Part shown: one piece after another, positions 19,326-22,230 of the stretch
How the letters are laid out: each line of letters begins with the position of its first letter
Numbering within the stretch: the stretch's first letter is position 1
Assembly (NCBI GenBank): GCA_963772835.1
Contig: CAVYYZ010000022.1
Location: 1 to 22,230 of the forward strand
Length of the DNA: 22,230 bases
Reading direction: 5' to 3'
DNA from: an uncultured delta proteobacterium
Lineage (GTDB): Bacteria; Desulfobacterota; Desulfuromonadia; Geobacterales; Pseudopelobacteraceae
Made by a program: the position numbers and the translations under genes
Notes under the pieces: model-generated
What the model saw: only the letters and a program-made list of their open reading frames with translations
Databases searched by the model: none
What the model was told of the DNA's origin: nothing

Positions 19326-19917
19326 ATGGGATCTGAAGAAAAAGTGCGCACAGGAGGCAATTCTCCAGCCAGATAGCAATGTCAACAAGCCCGATACAAC
19401 CTCTCAAGAAGGCAAATCAGGGGGTGCAAGTCACTGGCAATTGTATGTCATTCTGTTTCTGATACTTGCCCTGGTAGGTATGTATTTCTGGAAAAACTTG
19501 GCTGTTGGCAAAGTCAGGACAGAAGTTTCCAATAAAGCGGCAGAGATTATCGGCGAGCAGAACAACTCTTACCTGCGGCTGGTTTCAATCCCTCTGGTCT
19601 GGGCGGTTCGCAGTGAGATGATCAGGGATAACTACGATCAGATCAATCAGTATCTCGCAAACTTTGTCAAAGAAAAGAATATGAAAGAGCTTGTTGTTGC
19701 CAAAACAGACGGCAAGGTGGTGGCTGCAACCAACAAGAAGCTGGAAGGCACAAATATTTCAACGTCATTCCCTGCTGATGTTCTCCAGACAGCAGAAACC
19801 ACCATTACAGTCCGTGAAAACGGAGAGTATCAGGTGGTTTCGCCGGTAATGGGGCTGAATGCAAAGTTGGGAGTTCTGGTTCTTGTCTACGCGCCGCCGC
19901 CGTTAGCCTTGAAATAA
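19326..19917 (+). CDS. Hypothetical single-pass membrane protein with a possible PDC/Cache-like extracytoplasmic domain; start uncertain (probable +1 frameshift at 19339-19343)
   Basis: TM WQLYVILFLILALVGMYFW, then ELVVAKTDGKVVAATN...VVSPV...LGVLVL. The ORF-track GTG 19315 lacks an SD. ATG 19326 follows AAGGTGGG and joins the main frame if one A is removed. Confidence 0.7.
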
Positions 19918-20012
19918 CGTACCTGACCAAAACTGCCGAGAAAAGCATGGCAATAGTGTTATACAAATGATTTAAGCCTTTTCAAGTTCTGTATGTTCAA
20001 ATGTCGCTTTTA

Positions 20013-20035
20013 GAGGGCGGCGCCACGCCGCCCTC
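20013..20035. terminator. GC-rich hairpin between convergent genes; terminator-like but lacks a U-tract
   Basis: GAGGGCGGCG-CCA-CGCCGCCCTC is a perfect 10-bp stem, 16 nt beyond the acuI stop. Confidence 0.5.
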
Positions 20036-20051
20036 ACACCACCATGGTTCT

Positions 20052-21053
20052 TTATGAATGTTTCACCAGCACCCGCCCACTGATGCCACCTTTGAGAATC
20101 GCCTGTATCTTATCCTCCAGACCCTCGAGTACCACCTCGGTTACCATGCTGCCCAACTGCTCCGGTTTCCACTCGCCGGCCAGTTTTTCCCAGACCTGTA
20201 GACGTGGCTCTCTGGGGCACTGCACTGAATCGATGCCGAGCAGGCTCACCCCTCGCAAAATAAATGGATACACATTTAACGGCAGCTCAATCGCGCCGAC
20301 CAGGCCGCAACAGGTGACCACCCCGCCGTAGCGGGTGGCCTTGATGGCAGCAACCAGGGTTTCCCCGCCGACAACATCGACACAACCAGCCCAGCGCTCT
20401 TTCAGCATCGGCTTTTCTGAGCCGGCCGTTACCTGTTCGCGTGAGATGATTTCAGCGGCCCCGAGAGTGCGAAGAAACGGCTCGTCGCTGCTTTTGCCGG
20501 TGGCAGCCACCACCCGATAGCCGGCCCTGGAGAGGATAGCCACGGCAACGGAACCGACGCCGCCGGTTGCCCCGGTGACCAGGATATCGCCATCTGTCGG
20601 TTTTACACCAGCCAGAACCAGCTTCAGTACCGAGAGTGCTGCCGTGAAGCCGGCTGTACCGAGCGTCATGGCTTCCCGCTCTGAAAGCCCGTCAGGCAGG
20701 CGCACTGCCCAGCTGGAAGGGATACGGATCATCTCGCCCCACCCGCCGTCAGTCTCCATCCCCAGGCCATAGCCGGTAACAATCACCTTGTCGCCAACTG
20801 CAAAAGCGCCGCTGTCGCAGGAAACAACCTCTCCAGCCGCATCTATGCCGGGTGTATGGGGAAACTGGCGTGTCACCCCCGGATGCCCCGTGGCCGAAAG
20901 TGCATCCTTGTAGTTAAGTGAAGAGTAGCTGACTCGCACAAGAAGATCTCCCGGTGGCAGATCGTCCATATTCCGCTGCCTGATTGAGCGTACAAACTCA
21001 CCTGTCCCGGTTTTCTCCACCATAAGTGCTTTGAACTGCTTTAAAAATTCCAT
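20052..21053 (-). CDS. acuI: YhdH/AcuI-family NADPH-dependent MDR oxidoreductase (acryloyl-CoA reductase-like)
   Basis: YSSLNYKDAL, PGIDAAG, GTAGFTAAL, LVTGATGGVGS and PFILRGVSLLGIDSV. SD AAGGAG. Confidence 0.85.
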   Translation of the reverse strand: MEFLKQFKALMVEKTGTGEFVRSIRQRNMDDLPPGDLLVRVSYSSLNYKDALSATGHPGVTRQFPHTPGIDAAGEVVSCDSGAFAVGDKVIVTGYGLGMETDGGWGEMIRIPSSWAVRLPDGLSEREAMTLGTAGFTAALSVLKLVLAGVKPTDGDILVTGATGGVGSVAVAILSRAGYRVVAATGKSSDEPFLRTLGAAEIISREQVTAGSEKPMLKERWAGCVDVVGGETLVAAIKATRYGGVVTCCGLVGAIELPLNVYPFILRGVSLLGIDSVQCPREPRLQVWEKLAGEWKPEQLGSMVTEVVLEGLEDKIQAILKGGISGRVLVKHS

Positions 21054-21069
21054 TTCAATTCTCCTTTTA

Positions 21070-21087
21070 ATTAGACCGATCGTCTAC
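21070..21087. promoter_or_regulatory. Putative TetR operator 2, upstream of acuI
   Basis: ATTAGACCGATCGTCTAC, palindromic core TAGAC-N5-GTCTA; 17/18 identical to 21747-21764. Confidence 0.85.
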
Positions 21088-21102
21088 TGGCCGACAAAAA
21101 AA

Positions 21103-21738
21103 TCAGCGGCTGACCGCTGTAAAGAAAAATTCGGCAAATAGGTGTAGCGCCTCCGTACTGCGGTCAAGCTTGGATCGCAACACGGCCCCTTCCCAGCCAA
21201 TCCAGAAGGTGGCTGCCAGCTTGTTGCAATCGACATCTCGGTCTAATTCGCCGGACTGCTGCGCAATTTCAAGGCAGCGGACAACCCGCGACTGCCAGTC
21301 CAGAAATACGGCTGCAAGCTGTGCGCGGAAAGATTCCGGCAAGCTGCCCATCTCCTGACCGAGATTACCAATCAGGCAGCCACGTCTGAACCCATGCCGA
21401 ACCATACCCTGCTCGGCATGGGTGGTGAAGTTCCTTAGTCGCTGCAAGGGGGGGGTGCTCTCATCAAGAAGAAACCGGTCAAGCTTGGTGGAAAAATAGG
21501 CCGCGTAGCGCTCGATCAGCTGTGCGCCGAACATGTCTTTGCTGGCGAAAAAATGATAAAAGGAGCCTTTCGGCACCCCGACCCGGCGCAATATCTCATC
21601 AATCCCGGTGGAGGAAAAACCCTTTTCGGTCAGAACCTCCACTCCGGCCCGCAGCAGAGACTCACGGGTTTCGTTGTAGCCGGCAGCATCCTTGGAGGGG
21701 CGGCCGGGCCGTCGTTTTTTTATCAATGAATCTGTCAT
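21103..21738 (-). CDS. acuR: TetR-family transcriptional regulator (AcuR/NemR-like)
   Basis: HTH KGFSSTGIDEILRRVGVPKGSFYHFFASK and RGCLIGNLGQE. Directly upstream of the acuI-like gene. Confidence 0.8.
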   Translation of the reverse strand: MTDSLIKKRRPGRPSKDAAGYNETRESLLRAGVEVLTEKGFSSTGIDEILRRVGVPKGSFYHFFASKDMFGAQLIERYAAYFSTKLDRFLLDESTPPLQRLRNFTTHAEQGMVRHGFRRGCLIGNLGQEMGSLPESFRAQLAAVFLDWQSRVVRCLEIAQQSGELDRDVDCNKLAATFWIGWEGAVLRSKLDRSTEALHLFAEFFFTAVSR

Positions 21739-21744
21739 GGGAAA

Positions 21745-21773
21745 TTATTAGACCGGTCGTCTACAAAAGTCAA
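21745..21773 (-). promoter_or_regulatory. sigma70-type promoter of the TetR gene with operator 1 in the spacer
   Basis: Minus strand reads TTGACT-N17-TAATAA-tttccc-ATG. Operator TAGACCGGTCGTCTA at 21749-21763. Confidence 0.8.
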
Positions 21774-21906
21774 GTGGTAGTATTTTGAATGCGCCAGTTG
21801 AAAATGCTCTGATTCTTGCACCCTCCAACTACCGACCCAGACACAGTTTTCATAGAGTAGAATTACTCAGTAGTGTCCGGCTTGGTACGTGCAAAGAGTC
21901 TACATT

Positions 21907-21958
21907 CCGGCCTTCGGCCACCCTCTCCCTTAGGCCCTGTGGGTCCGGGGGTAGAGGG
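21907..21958. repeat. REP-like palindromic intergenic element (single copy in this window)
   Basis: CCGGCCTTCGGCCA-CCCTCTCCC...GGGGGTAGAGGG, with inner hairpin GGCCC-TGT-GGGTC. Resembles multicopy CCCTCTCCC/GGGAGAGGG elements I recall from proteobacterial genomes. Confidence 0.55.
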
Positions 21959-22024
21959 AATACATATCTTATGGTGTTCACTATTGACTACCTGTCTCAT
22001 ATCTAAAGAAAAATATTACACGAA

Positions 22025-22186
22025 CTATTCAAATTTGTACCCAACACCATACACAGAGTGAATCAACTCTACAGGGTGGCCAGTAGCAGAGAACTTCTTC
22101 CGGAGATTCTTTATAAAATTGTCGATGGCACGGTCATTCAAGGCACGTTCATCCGGGTAGATGTTGTTCAATAGCTGCTGGCGGTT
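22025..22186 (-). pseudogene. C-terminal winged-helix fragment of an OmpR/BaeR-type response regulator (absent from the ORF track)
   Basis: Minus strand reads NRQQLLNNIYPDERALNDRAIDNFIKNLRKKFSATGHPVELIHSVYGVGYKFE*. The 14 upstream in-frame codons (IPCHNRNSDFSIPA) do not fit the family. Confidence 0.75.
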
Positions 22187-22230
22187 AGCTGGTATTGAAA
22201 AGTCAGAGTTTCTGTTGTGACAGGGGATGC

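Noticed and set aside
1029..21358. Long antisense/overlapping ORFs (e.g. 5059-5673, 11438-12085, 13832-14461, 14543-15145, 18197-18901)
   Set aside because: Shadow frames of well-supported genes, with no recognisable domains.
11286..22020. c-di-GMP/cGAMP (GEMM-I) or other riboswitches, tRNA, CRISPR arrays
   Set aside because: No matching consensus or regularly spaced repeats were seen by eye in the intergenic regions; an Infernal scan would be definitive.
2381..22027. Genome-wide TAG reassignment
   Set aside because: TAG ends proteins at family-typical C-termini here (SLC13 ...WPF* at 16338-16340; regulator ...YKFE* at 22025-22027), and the long ORFs contain no other internal TAG.
21785..22061. 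Short ORFs 21785..22006 and 21873..22061
   Set aside because: Weak TTG/GTG starts without a clear SD, no recognisable motif, and both run through the REP-like element.

Overview
Bacterial chromosomal window, ~50-55% GC by eye. Gene content suggests a Geobacteraceae/Desulfuromonadia-like deltaproteobacterium (inference). (1) 1-11285: tightly coupled glycogen/trehalose operon, treZ (5'-truncated) - GH57/DUF3536 - treY - malQ - treS/maltokinase fusion. (2) 11426-16340: ion/osmotic block with a NhaP-type antiporter, a membrane GGDEF cyclase, MscS and an SLC13/TrkA-C permease. (3) 16500-19917: more AT-rich accessory patchwork of small genes, including two paralogous coiled-coil genes and a chimeric MscS/GGDEF pseudogene. 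(4) 20052-21738: acuR-acuI(yhdH)-like pair on the minus strand, with two near-identical operators and an apparently leaderless regulator. (5) A REP-like hairpin and an orphan response-regulator 3' fragment at the right end. Several genes are broken: one in-frame amber codon and three (probably four) +1 insertions in short homopolymers, which may be assembly errors. The most notable unannotated structure is a duplicated 'GGDEF + small DFELY protein' module that decayed reciprocally: one copy kept the cyclase, the other kept the small ORF. Also notable is a maltokinase domain whose sugar-binding motifs look remodelled. No CRISPR, rRNA, tRNA or transposase was seen, and I cannot claim a wholly new system from sequence alone.
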